A program made the translations under genes and the position numbers. Below, piece by piece: positions 21,086 to 30,145 of a stretch of 64,000 nucleotides of DNA; positions within the stretch are counted from its first letter, which is position 1; every line of letters starts with the position of its first letter. The stretch lies in assembly GCA_045643205.1 (NCBI GenBank), contig JAZUKI010000003.1:64001-128000 (forward strand), in the 5' to 3' direction. A model generated the notes under the pieces. That model was given only the letters and a program-made list of their open reading frames with translations, was not told where the DNA came from and did no database searches. The stretch comes from Clostridia bacterium (lineage in GTDB: Bacteria; Bacillota; Clostridia; TANB77; CAG-508).

Positions 21086-22825
21086 ATAAATTTAGCTGAA
21101 GGAAAAATTAATACAATTGATTTAATCAGTCCATCATATTTTAATTTTAAAAATCCTAAAATATATGAAATAGATGGAGTTTATTTTTCACGGTTACTAG
21201 TTGTTGATTATTTAAGAGAATATAATGAATTAATTTTTAAACAATTAGTTGAAAACGATGAAAATATAAATATTTCTGTTTATTTCGAAAAACAAGATAA
21301 ATCAAAAGTTGTTAAAGATTTAACTTACAACATTTCAAATAACTCAATAGATTTTGAAAAGATAGGTGAGAGTAGGCAAGATAGTGATATTGCATCTTTT
21401 TCAATTAACGATGCTAAATATGTAAGAAAAGAAATTCAAATTAACAACGAAGAAATGTATTTTATATATACATATATTCTAACCTATGATTTAGATAAAA
21501 AAGTCTTAGAAAGAAAAATAAACACAATAGAGAGTATTTTAAAATCGAGTGGTATGGTTTCTAAAAAAGGATACTTTAGACAAGAATCAATTTTCAAATC
21601 TAGCCTCCCATTTATGAATAATGATAAAGATATAAAGAATGTAGCTAAAAGAAACATTTTAACTAGTTCTATAGGAGTTACATATCCTTTTACATTATCC
21701 ACAATTAATGACAAAAAGGGGATTTTATATGGAACAAATCTCAATAATGACAGTTTAATTTTTATAGATAGATTTGATCAAAACAAATACAAAAATTCCA
21801 ACATGTGTGTATTCGGAACTTCTGGTTCAGGAAAATCATACTTTAATAAAGTAATGATTTTAAGAAATTATTTATTAAATATAAATCAATATGTAATTGA
21901 TCCAGATAGAGAATATGGAAATTTAGTTGAAGAACTGAATGGATCATTAATAAAAATTGGACCTAGTTCAAATACATATATAAACATTTTTGACATAAGA
22001 GAAGATAGTTTAGAAAATGATCAATCTGGTTATTTACAAACTAAAATTTCAAAACTAATGGCCTTTTTTAAATTAATATTTAGTGAAATAAGCGAAGATG
22101 AAAAAGGTTATTTAGAATCAAGAATTATAAAAACTTACGAAGAAAAAAATATAACTTTTGATGATAAATCTTTATATAGAAAAGATAATTTTAAAACTAC
22201 AAATGATATGCCAATTTTTGAAGATTTATATAATAATCTAGATTATAAATATCAGGTAAAATTACTTCCATTTGTAAAAGGTTCACTTAAATTTTTTAAT
22301 AATTATACAAATATAAAATTGGATAATAACCTAATAGTAGGCGATGTATATGAGTTAGGTGAAGAAAATTTAAAATATGGAATGTTTATTTTTACTGATT
22401 TGTTTTGGGACAAAATTAAAAGTAATCGTAATGAAAATAAAATTATTTATATGGATGAAGTTTGGAAATTAATTGGCATAACATCAAATAAGGAAGTTGC
22501 TAGTTTTATATATAAGATTTTTAAAACTATAAGAAAATATGGTGGAAGTGCAGTAGCAATTACACAAGACATTTCAGATATGTTTAGTTTACAAGATGGA
22601 GCATTCGGAAAGAGTCTTCTAAATAATTCAGAATTTAAAGCATTTTTTAATATGGAAGAAGAAAATATAAAAATACTAAGTGAAAACATTAATTTAAATG
22701 ACAAGGAAAAAATAAAAATTAAAGCATTAAATAAAGGTGAATCATTATTATTTATTGGACCAAATCATGTAATTTCAAAAATTGATTCATCAGAATATGA
22801 AAAAAATATTATTAATAAAAACTAA
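21086..22825 (+). CDS. virB4: VirB4-like T4SS ATPase, probably starting at a non-canonical ATA codon (about 579 aa)
   Basis: Walker A GTSGSGKS, VIDPDREY, Walker B IYMDEVW, IRKYGG...TQ. Frame is open from 21071 and carries a VirB4-type N-terminus (IDLISPSYF...YFSRLLVVDY). SD AAGGAG sits 6 nt before ATA 21086, and the first ATG is at 21455. Confidence 0.85.
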   Translation: MNLAEGKINTIDLISPSYFNFKNPKIYEIDGVYFSRLLVVDYLREYNELIFKQLVENDENINISVYFEKQDKSKVVKDLTYNISNNSIDFEKIGESRQDSDIASFSINDAKYVRKEIQINNEEMYFIYTYILTYDLDKKVLERKINTIESILKSSGMVSKKGYFRQESIFKSSLPFMNNDKDIKNVAKRNILTSSIGVTYPFTLSTINDKKGILYGTNLNNDSLIFIDRFDQNKYKNSNMCVFGTSGSGKSYFNKVMILRNYLLNINQYVIDPDREYGNLVEELNGSLIKIGPSSNTYINIFDIREDSLENDQSGYLQTKISKLMAFFKLIFSEISEDEKGYLESRIIKTYEEKNITFDDKSLYRKDNFKTTNDMPIFEDLYNNLDYKYQVKLLPFVKGSLKFFNNYTNIKLDNNLIVGDVYELGEENLKYGMFIFTDLFWDKIKSNRNENKIIYMDEVWKLIGITSNKEVASFIYKIFKTIRKYGGSAVAITQDISDMFSLQDGAFGKSLLNNSEFKAFFNMEEENIKILSENINLNDKEKIKIKALNKGESLLFIGPNHVISKIDSSEYEKNIINKN

Positions 22826-22840
22826 CTTAAGGAGGACAAA

Positions 22841-23674
22841 ATGAGTATGGATATAGCAACAAATGATTATTTAAGTAGTGTAAATAATTCTAATAATATA
22901 ATAAATTCAATTAATAATTTAACTAATAGTTTAACTAATGGTTTAAGTAGTAATTTAAATAATAGTCTAACCAACAGTTTAACGAACAATATAACTAATA
23001 GTACAGATTTAGCAAATAAACAAAATAGTTTTCTTCAATCAAATTTATGGAAAGTTGTAAATACAGGTATTGATAGTGGAATAAGAGCATTACTTCCAGA
23101 TTTTTTAGAAGATTCTGTAATAGGAATTAAAGATGCATTAGTAAATAATGGACTACAAGGTGGAATTCAAAAAGCAATTGATATAGCAAAAAACATGACA
23201 GCAACATCTGGAATAATGGAGAGTGCATATCAAAGTATTACACAAATATATAACTCTTTAAAAAACGGAAATTTAATAGGAGAACTTGGTGAAGCAATAA
23301 GTAATTCAATTAATAGTGCAAGTAAGAATAATGAAATAAATGCAGATGTTTCAACCACATTAACAAATGGTGCACAAACTATAATGGATAACATAGAAGC
23401 TAATATAAAAGAAGATTTTAACGATCAACTTAATTCATTAGAAAAGTTAAATAAATATAATAATAATTGGAAAGAATATTTTGAACAAAAAGATTTTACC
23501 GGAATGGAAAAAGAATATAAAAAGATGCAAACTGTTTTAAAGAAAATAATGCCAACAGAAAATACATTAAAACAGGCAAGAATCATAGAAAATTTGCACA
23601 ATTTAATTAAAAATAACAATAAAAATTTTAATATTTCAGAGGAAGAAATTCAGCTTGCACAAAAGTTAGCATAG
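22841..23674 (+). CDS. Hypothetical Asn-rich protein downstream of virB4
   Basis: SD AAGGAGG, 277-aa ORF, N-terminal NSLT-type repeats, helical C-terminus. Confidence 0.75.
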   Translation: MSMDIATNDYLSSVNNSNNIINSINNLTNSLTNGLSSNLNNSLTNSLTNNITNSTDLANKQNSFLQSNLWKVVNTGIDSGIRALLPDFLEDSVIGIKDALVNNGLQGGIQKAIDIAKNMTATSGIMESAYQSITQIYNSLKNGNLIGELGEAISNSINSASKNNEINADVSTTLTNGAQTIMDNIEANIKEDFNDQLNSLEKLNKYNNNWKEYFEQKDFTGMEKEYKKMQTVLKKIMPTENTLKQARIIENLHNLIKNNNKNFNISEEEIQLAQKLA

Positions 23675-23765
23675 ACTAAAAAATTATGTAAATTTAAGCA
23701 TAAAATTTTGATGCAAAAAATGCCTGAAAATAGCGAAAAAACAAGTAAAAAAAGCATATTTTTTC

Positions 23766-23794
23766 TTGCATTTTAAAGTGCATTTTAGTATAAT
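23766..23794 (+). promoter_or_regulatory. Dedicated sigma-A promoter of gyrA
   Basis: TTGCAT-N17-TATAAT upstream of SD GAGGT. Confidence 0.65.
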
Positions 23795-23827
23795 AAATGC
23801 GTGTAAAATACAAGAAAAGAGGTATTT

Positions 23828-26326
23828 ATGAGCGACGAGAAAAAAGAAGAAGTATGGTCTGATGGAAAGATCATTAACAGAGAAATTGTTAATGAAATGA
23901 AAACAGCATATATCGACTATGCAATGAGTGTTATAGTACAACGTGCTTTACCAGATGTAAGAGATGGTTTAAAACCAGTTCATAGACGTATTCTATATAC
24001 AATGTATGAAGATGGTTTAACAACAGAGAAACCTTATAGAAAATCTGCTACTACAGTAGGTGACGTTTTAGGTAGATATCATCCACATGGTGATGCATCA
24101 GTTTATGATGCAATGGTTAGATTAGCACAAGATTTTACAATGAGATATCCATTAATTGATGGACACGGAAACTTTGGTTCTATCGATGGTGATGGAGCTG
24201 CTGCTTACCGTTACACTGAAGCTAGAATGTCTAAAATTGCAGAACAAATGCTTCAAGATATAGAGAAAAACACTGTTGATTTTATGCCTAACTTTGATGG
24301 TATAAGACAAGAACCAACAGTTTTACCAAATAGATTCCCTGCATTATTAGTAAATGGATCTTCAGGAATTGCAGTAGGTATGGCTACTAATGTTCCACCA
24401 CACAACTTAAAAGAAATTTTAAATGCAGTTGTTAAGATGGTTGAATGTAGAGAAGAAGATACTGAAATAGCAGATGAAGATTTATTAAAAATAGTTAAAG
24501 GACCTGATTTCCCAACAGGAGCTACAATTCTAGGAAAAGAAGGAATTAGAGAAGCATACTTAACAGGTAAGGGTAAAATTGTTCAAAGAGCAGAAGCTGA
24601 AATTGAAGAGATGGCAGGCAATAGACAAAAAATAGTTATTACATCTTTACCATACCAAGTTAATAAAGCTAAGTTAATAGTTGATATTAATAATTTAGCT
24701 AAAGACAAGAAAGTTGAAGGAATCTCTGAAGTAAGAGATGAATCAGATAGAGAAGAAAAAGTTAGAGTTGTTGTAGAGCTAAAGAGAGATGCAAATGCAC
24801 AAGTTGTTTTAAATAGACTTTACAAAAATACTCAAATGCAAAACTCATTTGGTGTTATCATACTTGCTTTAGTTGATAATGTTCCTAAGATTTTAACTTT
24901 AAAACAATGTTTAGATTATTACATTGATCATAGAAGAGAAGTTATTAAGAGAAGAACAAAATTTGACTTAGACAAAGCTTTAGCTAGAGCTCATATTTTA
25001 GAAGGTTTAAGAATTGCTATTGATAATATTGATGAAGTAATCAAAATTATTAGAGCATCATATGACGATCCAAAAGAAAGATTAATGGAAAGATTCGGAC
25101 TTGATGATGTTCAAGCACAAGCAATCTTAGATATGCAATTACGTAGATTATCTGGATTACAACGTGAGAAAATTGAAGAAGAATATAAACAATTAATGGA
25201 ATTAATCGAACACTTAAGAGCAATCTTAGCTGATGAAAAACTTGTTTATAATATAATCAAAGAAGAATCATTAGAAACAATTGAAAAATTCGGAGATGAT
25301 AGATTAACTAAAATCGTAAGAGCACAAGGCGAATTCGATGAAGAAGATTTAATCAAGGAAGAAGAAACAATAATTTCTTTAACACACTTTGGATATATTA
25401 AGAGAGTTCCTCTTGATACATATAGAAGCCAAAAACGTGGAGGAAAAGGAATTGCAGGATTAACAACTCGTGAAGAAGACTTTGTAAAACAAATTTTCAA
25501 AGCTTCAACACATGATACAATTTTATTCTTTAGTAATAAAGGTAAAATGTACAGATTAAGAGGTTTTGATATTCCTGAAGGTGGAAGAACAGCTAAAGGA
25601 ACTGCTATTGTTAATTTATTAGCATTAGAACCAGGTGAAAAAATAACAGCAGTTATTCCATTGAAATCATTTGAAGATAGTGAATTTTTATTAATGGCAA
25701 CACGTTCTGGTTTAATTAAGAAAACACCATTAAAAGAATATGACTCTGGTAAGAAAACAGGATTAATTGCAATCAATTTAAAAGAAGAAAATGATGAATT
25801 AATTGATGTTAGATTAACAGATGGAAACAACGATGTAGTACTTGTTACAAGAAAAGGTATTTGTATAACATTCAGTGAAAAAGATGTTCGTCCAGTTGGA
25901 AGAACAGCACAAGGTGTTATTGGAATTAGACTTGATTCAGACGACTATGTTATTGGTATGGAAAAGATTTACGATAGAAAGAATGGAACATTATTATCAA
26001 TAACAGAAAACGGATTTGGAAAGAGAACAGAACTTGAAGAATACAGAGTACAAACTAGAGGTGGAAAGGGTGTAATTACATACAAGATTACTCCTAAAAC
26101 TGGTGAAATAGTTGGAATTAGAATTTGTGATGACAGATATGATGTAATGATGATTACAGATACTGGTACAGTAATTAGAATTCCAGCAAAAGATGTTTCT
26201 ATCTTAGGAAGAAATACTCAAGGTGTAACATTAATGAGAACAAATGATGGAGGAAAGATTGTAAGTATTGAAACAATTTCTCCAGATGAAGAAGAAAATG
26301 TTGCTAATGATGAATCTGAAAATTAA
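23828..26326 (+). CDS. gyrA: DNA gyrase subunit A
   Basis: RALPDVRDGLKPV, YHPHGD, AAYRYTE, GyrA-box QKRGGKG, beta-pinwheel repeats. Confidence 0.97.
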   Translation: MSDEKKEEVWSDGKIINREIVNEMKTAYIDYAMSVIVQRALPDVRDGLKPVHRRILYTMYEDGLTTEKPYRKSATTVGDVLGRYHPHGDASVYDAMVRLAQDFTMRYPLIDGHGNFGSIDGDGAAAYRYTEARMSKIAEQMLQDIEKNTVDFMPNFDGIRQEPTVLPNRFPALLVNGSSGIAVGMATNVPPHNLKEILNAVVKMVECREEDTEIADEDLLKIVKGPDFPTGATILGKEGIREAYLTGKGKIVQRAEAEIEEMAGNRQKIVITSLPYQVNKAKLIVDINNLAKDKKVEGISEVRDESDREEKVRVVVELKRDANAQVVLNRLYKNTQMQNSFGVIILALVDNVPKILTLKQCLDYYIDHRREVIKRRTKFDLDKALARAHILEGLRIAIDNIDEVIKIIRASYDDPKERLMERFGLDDVQAQAILDMQLRRLSGLQREKIEEEYKQLMELIEHLRAILADEKLVYNIIKEESLETIEKFGDDRLTKIVRAQGEFDEEDLIKEEETIISLTHFGYIKRVPLDTYRSQKRGGKGIAGLTTREEDFVKQIFKASTHDTILFFSNKGKMYRLRGFDIPEGGRTAKGTAIVNLLALEPGEKITAVIPLKSFEDSEFLLMATRSGLIKKTPLKEYDSGKKTGLIAINLKEENDELIDVRLTDGNNDVVLVTRKGICITFSEKDVRPVGRTAQGVIGIRLDSDDYVIGMEKIYDRKNGTLLSITENGFGKRTELEEYRVQTRGGKGVITYKITPKTGEIVGIRICDDRYDVMMITDTGTVIRIPAKDVSILGRNTQGVTLMRTNDGGKIVSIETISPDEEENVANDESEN

Positions 26327-26360
26327 TTAACAGAAGCAACTAACAAAAAATTAATAAATA

Positions 26361-26396
26361 AAAAATAAGAGAAGATAAATCTTCTCTTATTTTTTT
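26361..26396. terminator. Bidirectional terminator between gyrA and the dnaC-like gene
   Basis: AAAAATAAGAGAAG-ataaat-CTTCTCTTATTTTT. Confidence 0.75.
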
Positions 26397-26452
26397 ACTC
26401 TTTTTTATTTGTGAATATTTTTAGGTTTAATCCATTAAATATTACCTCTTTT

Positions 26453-27448
26453 TTATTTTTTTAATTTCTTTTGAATTCTTATATCATCACCATAGAACAA
26501 ACAACAATCATAATTACTAATTAATCTAGATGTTATTCTTTCTTCATATATAGCATTTAGATCATCTAATGAAAGGTTTGTTGAAATAATGGTTTTAGTT
26601 ATCTTATTGTTTTGATTTAAAATTCTAGAATTAATAATATTAAAAATTTCAGTGTTCTTTAAAGAATTAACTGCTTCTGTTCCTAAATCATCTATAATTA
26701 ATAAATCAGCATTAAGAATAGCATCAAAAACATTTTTATTTGATTTGCCAAATTTATAGTCAAGAATTTGATCTAACATAAGTGGTGCTGTTTGATATAA
26801 AACAACCTTACCTTCTTTAATCATTTCATTAGCAATGCATGAAGAAAGAAATGTTTTTCCTAATCCAGTACTACCACAAAATAAAAGATTATTTGTTTTT
26901 ACATCATCAAAATTATCTATAAAGTTATGACAAGTTTTAACTATTTTTTCAATGTTTTTTCTAGGTGCAACCTTAGTTCCATATCTTTCTTTATCAGCTT
27001 CATTTGAATAATAATCCAGAATAAATTTATCAAAATTCTGATTTTCTAAATCATAAATATTTGAATTATTATAAGCTATATTATATAAGTGTTGCTTAAT
27101 ACATGAGCATAATTCTTGTTTACCATCTAAATTAATATATCCTGTATCACTACATTTTTTGCACTCATATTCAGGATCTAAATAATGAATGTCATAACCA
27201 TTATCTTTAAGAATTTGGTTCTTTTTTGATGTGTTATCTTTTAAATTTTTTGATAATGTTTTATCTGTATTTCCAGAGTTAAGAGATTTAATAATAGAAT
27301 CTAAAGCATAAATATTAGAATCCTCTTCTAGCTTAGCTAATTCAGGAATTTTTTTATATAACTCTTGCTTCTTTTTTAAAGCCTTTGCTTCAGCTAAATT
27401 TCTTTTTTGCTCATATTCTTTTAAAAGAGTTTTTAAGTTAGCATCCAT
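26453..27448 (-). CDS. DnaC/DnaI-like helicase loader ATPase
   Basis: CKKCSDTG...CSC Zn site, GSTGLGKT, LLIIDDLG, TIISTNL, ERITSRL; paired with a DnaD-domain gene. Confidence 0.85.
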   Translation of the reverse strand: MDANLKTLLKEYEQKRNLAEAKALKKKQELYKKIPELAKLEEDSNIYALDSIIKSLNSGNTDKTLSKNLKDNTSKKNQILKDNGYDIHYLDPEYECKKCSDTGYINLDGKQELCSCIKQHLYNIAYNNSNIYDLENQNFDKFILDYYSNEADKERYGTKVAPRKNIEKIVKTCHNFIDNFDDVKTNNLLFCGSTGLGKTFLSSCIANEMIKEGKVVLYQTAPLMLDQILDYKFGKSNKNVFDAILNADLLIIDDLGTEAVNSLKNTEIFNIINSRILNQNNKITKTIISTNLSLDDLNAIYEERITSRLISNYDCCLFYGDDIRIQKKLKK

Positions 27449-27477
27449 ATTATCACCTCTTTGTATCAGTTTTGAAA

Positions 27478-28446
27478 CTATTCTTCTTCATCAGCATTTA
27501 CATAGAAATCACTTAAATTTGAATAGTTATGTTTTATAAATTTAGAATCTTTATTTTGCTTTGTATCTTTTTGAACAGGTATTGATTTCTTATCATCTAA
27601 ATATTTTTTAATTTGATCAGCTGTTTTGAAATTTCTCTCATGCCAATCAGAAATTAATTTATCAAGATATTCAAATGAAGGATTTGATTTTGAAGTTGTT
27701 TTTCTTAAAGCTAAATCAATTATATCTGAATTATATCCATACGTTACAGTCCATTTTTCAACATAAGATTCTTCAAACATAGATAAATTACGAGTTAATC
27801 TTAACTTCTTTTTAATATCTTTAATTTGAATATTTAACTTTTCTTGTTTTTGGAAGTAAGCATCTAAATCAGAAAAACTTTGAATTTTGCTTTTGTTCCA
27901 AGCACTCGCAACCGTAGCAACATAGTTTCTATTTAATGCAGAACGATTGAAACAATATCTAAATAATGCAATCATTACTTCTTCATCAAAGTTATATTTT
28001 TTAAACCAAAGATCAATATCACCATACCAACTTGGAGACATAACTCCTTGAAAGAACTCATTATTGATAGCTGTAATTGCTTTTGATCTAATCTTATTAT
28101 CAGAAATAGCTTTCATATTTTCTGGAGACAATGAAACTTTTGGTTTGTACAATTTTTGAATTTCTACTTCTAATATATTAGTTAAAACAAAACCTTGACC
28201 TTTTCTATTTAAAAGACCTTGTTCTTCCCAATACTTTAAAGCATCTTGAATTGTTTTTAAAGGCAATTCTAGTTTTTTTGCCAAATCATTAATCTTCAAG
28301 TCATTGTTATACTTTGAAATGAAATATAAGTACATATAAACTTTAACAAAATCACCATTAGCTTGAGAAAGATATTCAGTAAAGAATAAATCAGAAACAG
28401 AAGTTGATGATGAAATTAAAGAAGATTCGCCTTGTTCGATTTTCAT
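27478..28446 (-). CDS. DnaD/DnaB-domain replication protein
   Basis: F..EY...ANGDFVKVY N-terminus and two DnaB_2 domains (YVATVASAW, YLDKLISDW). Confidence 0.85.
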   Translation of the reverse strand: MKIEQGESSLISSSTSVSDLFFTEYLSQANGDFVKVYMYLYFISKYNNDLKINDLAKKLELPLKTIQDALKYWEEQGLLNRKGQGFVLTNILEVEIQKLYKPKVSLSPENMKAISDNKIRSKAITAINNEFFQGVMSPSWYGDIDLWFKKYNFDEEVMIALFRYCFNRSALNRNYVATVASAWNKSKIQSFSDLDAYFQKQEKLNIQIKDIKKKLRLTRNLSMFEESYVEKWTVTYGYNSDIIDLALRKTTSKSNPSFEYLDKLISDWHERNFKTADQIKKYLDDKKSIPVQKDTKQNKDSKFIKHNYSNLSDFYVNADEEE

Positions 28447-28615
28447 TGTTTGACCTCCAAGTGTTTTCTAAAAACTATTCAAATAGATTTTTACTATTAA
28501 AAACAGATTTTTAGTGTTTGTATTATATCATCTACAAGGTCAATTTACAACAAAAAAGTAAAGTTGACAAGTTTACATAAGTAAACTATTTTTCAAATTA
28601 TTTATGTGTGAAACA

Positions 28616-28894
28616 CTATACATATAGATAAATTTTAGGTTTAATTAAGAATTTTAGAACATAATAAATCTGATAAACAAGACTTTCTTTTTGACTTTCA
28701 ACTAAAGTTATTAACAAAAGTGGTAAATACAAAATAATAACAACAGCAGTTTTCCCCAATATATCAGTAAAAAGTGGAGAAAGACCTGTCCAAAGTAAAA
28801 ATAAAACTATTAAATTAAAAATTGCAGTTGGATAATCTATTACACCTAAGATTTTAAGATGATAATTATAATTTTTAGGAATGATAAATTTCAT
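28616..28894 (-). CDS. PrgI/VirB3-like T4SS membrane protein
   Basis: MKFIIPKN....KILG start, two TM helices, C-terminal KF..KPKIY. Confidence 0.7.
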   Translation of the reverse strand: MKFIIPKNYNYHLKILGVIDYPTAIFNLIVLFLLWTGLSPLFTDILGKTAVVIILYLPLLLITLVESQKESLVYQIYYVLKFLIKPKIYLYV

Positions 28895-28906
28895 GATAAT
28901 CCTTTC

Positions 28907-29803
28907 TTATTTTGTTACTAATTTGTTTATCATAGGAATATTTCCTGAGATTTCAGAACTGATACCTCCAAAGATTTCTCGAACGTAACTATTAATTTTT
29001 GACAATACATATATTCCACCTACAAATAAAACTTTATTAGAAGGATCAATATTAAAAATAACTATAATTACTAATGGTACAAAAATTTGAACAATAAGTA
29101 ATGAAAAAAACGATTTACTCCAAGCTTGAAAAATCCATGAGGTAGAGTAAGTCATCAAACTTAAAACAGCAAAAGGAGTAAATAAAATAAGTACCTGTAA
29201 CAAAATAAAACGCAGTGAATAATTTAAGGATAAACCTATCAAACCCACTGAAATAAAGCTTTTTAAGATACCATCAAAAGAAAGAAAATTTATGCTTGAA
29301 ACATCATTTCCAATAAATTTATTTGTGTTAATTAAAAGTTGAGAAAACGTTATATCTAATCCAGTTGATTTTTTTCCAAGTTCTTGAATAGCAGAAGAAA
29401 TAAAATAATTGATATTAATTATTTGTTCTAATATAAGGTAACAACCATTAACAGCAAAAGCAAAAATCAATAATTTAAAGAAAAATTGATGAGGTTGTTC
29501 TATATTTACATCAACAAAATTAGAATAAAAATATCTAACTATATAGTATATAAGAATGCCTACAAGCATTGCATTTGCTAAATAAACAAGGCCTGTTAAA
29601 GTATTAGCACCAAGTAAATTTTTAAAGATTGAACTATTAAGAATATCTGTTTTTATAAAAACTAAATTATCTAAATTATTATAAAGATTGTTGTCAATCG
29701 AAGAAAACATATTGCTAAAAATTTGGTTAATTGTTTGAATTATTATTTCAGATAATTGAGCTTGATTAAGACCTTGAGTCAAAATAGATAACGATGAATC
29801 CAA
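28907..29803 (-). CDS. VirB6/TrbL-like polytopic T4SS membrane protein
   Basis: About 6 TM helices with R.I.L..L....PFA.L......W...W pattern; TTG start after GGAGG; directly downstream of the pilin. Confidence 0.72.
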   Translation of the reverse strand: MDSSLSILTQGLNQAQLSEIIIQTINQIFSNMFSSIDNNLYNNLDNLVFIKTDILNSSIFKNLLGANTLTGLVYLANAMLVGILIYYIVRYFYSNFVDVNIEQPHQFFFKLLIFAFAVNGCYLILEQIININYFISSAIQELGKKSTGLDITFSQLLINTNKFIGNDVSSINFLSFDGILKSFISVGLIGLSLNYSLRFILLQVLILFTPFAVLSLMTYSTSWIFQAWSKSFFSLLIVQIFVPLVIIVIFNIDPSNKVLFVGGIYVLSKINSYVREIFGGISSEISGNIPMINKLVTK

Positions 29804-29812
29804 TAAATCCTC

Positions 29813-30145
29813 CTATACAAGTAGTGATTCAACAGCAGATAATATTAGATCTAAAAGTATTATTAATCCATAGGAAATAAAAGTACTTCTAATAATTTTT
29901 TTGGAAGTTCTCATCTTTTCTTCATCTCCAAAACTAAATTTTTTCATAAATAATCCTATAGTAATAGATAACGCAGCAGCCGGTGTTGAAATAGAGAAAA
30001 GCCAGAGTTTTACTGTTTTAAAAGCAGAACCTACTTTAACAACAACATCTGTATTAGCAGCATAAGATATTTTTGAACATAAGAAAAACAATAATAAAGT
30101 CAGTATAAATATTTTGATAAAAAGTATAAATTTATGTTTTTTCAT
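29813..30145 (-). CDS. VirB2/TrbC-like T4SS pilin
   Basis: Signal peptide ending SYAA, two hydrophobic helices joined by GDEEKMRTSKKII (Gram-positive/Patescibacteria pilin loop); strong SD AGGAGG. Confidence 0.75.
   Translation of the reverse strand: MKKHKFILFIKIFILTLLLFFLCSKISYAANTDVVVKVGSAFKTVKLWLFSISTPAAALSITIGLFMKKFSFGDEEKMRTSKKIIRSTFISYGLIILLDLILSAVESLLV

Noticed and set aside
26453-27448. IS21 IstB helper ATPase
   Set aside because: There is no istA transposase or terminal IR. The Zn-binding N-terminus and DnaD-domain partner fit the clostridial helicase loader.
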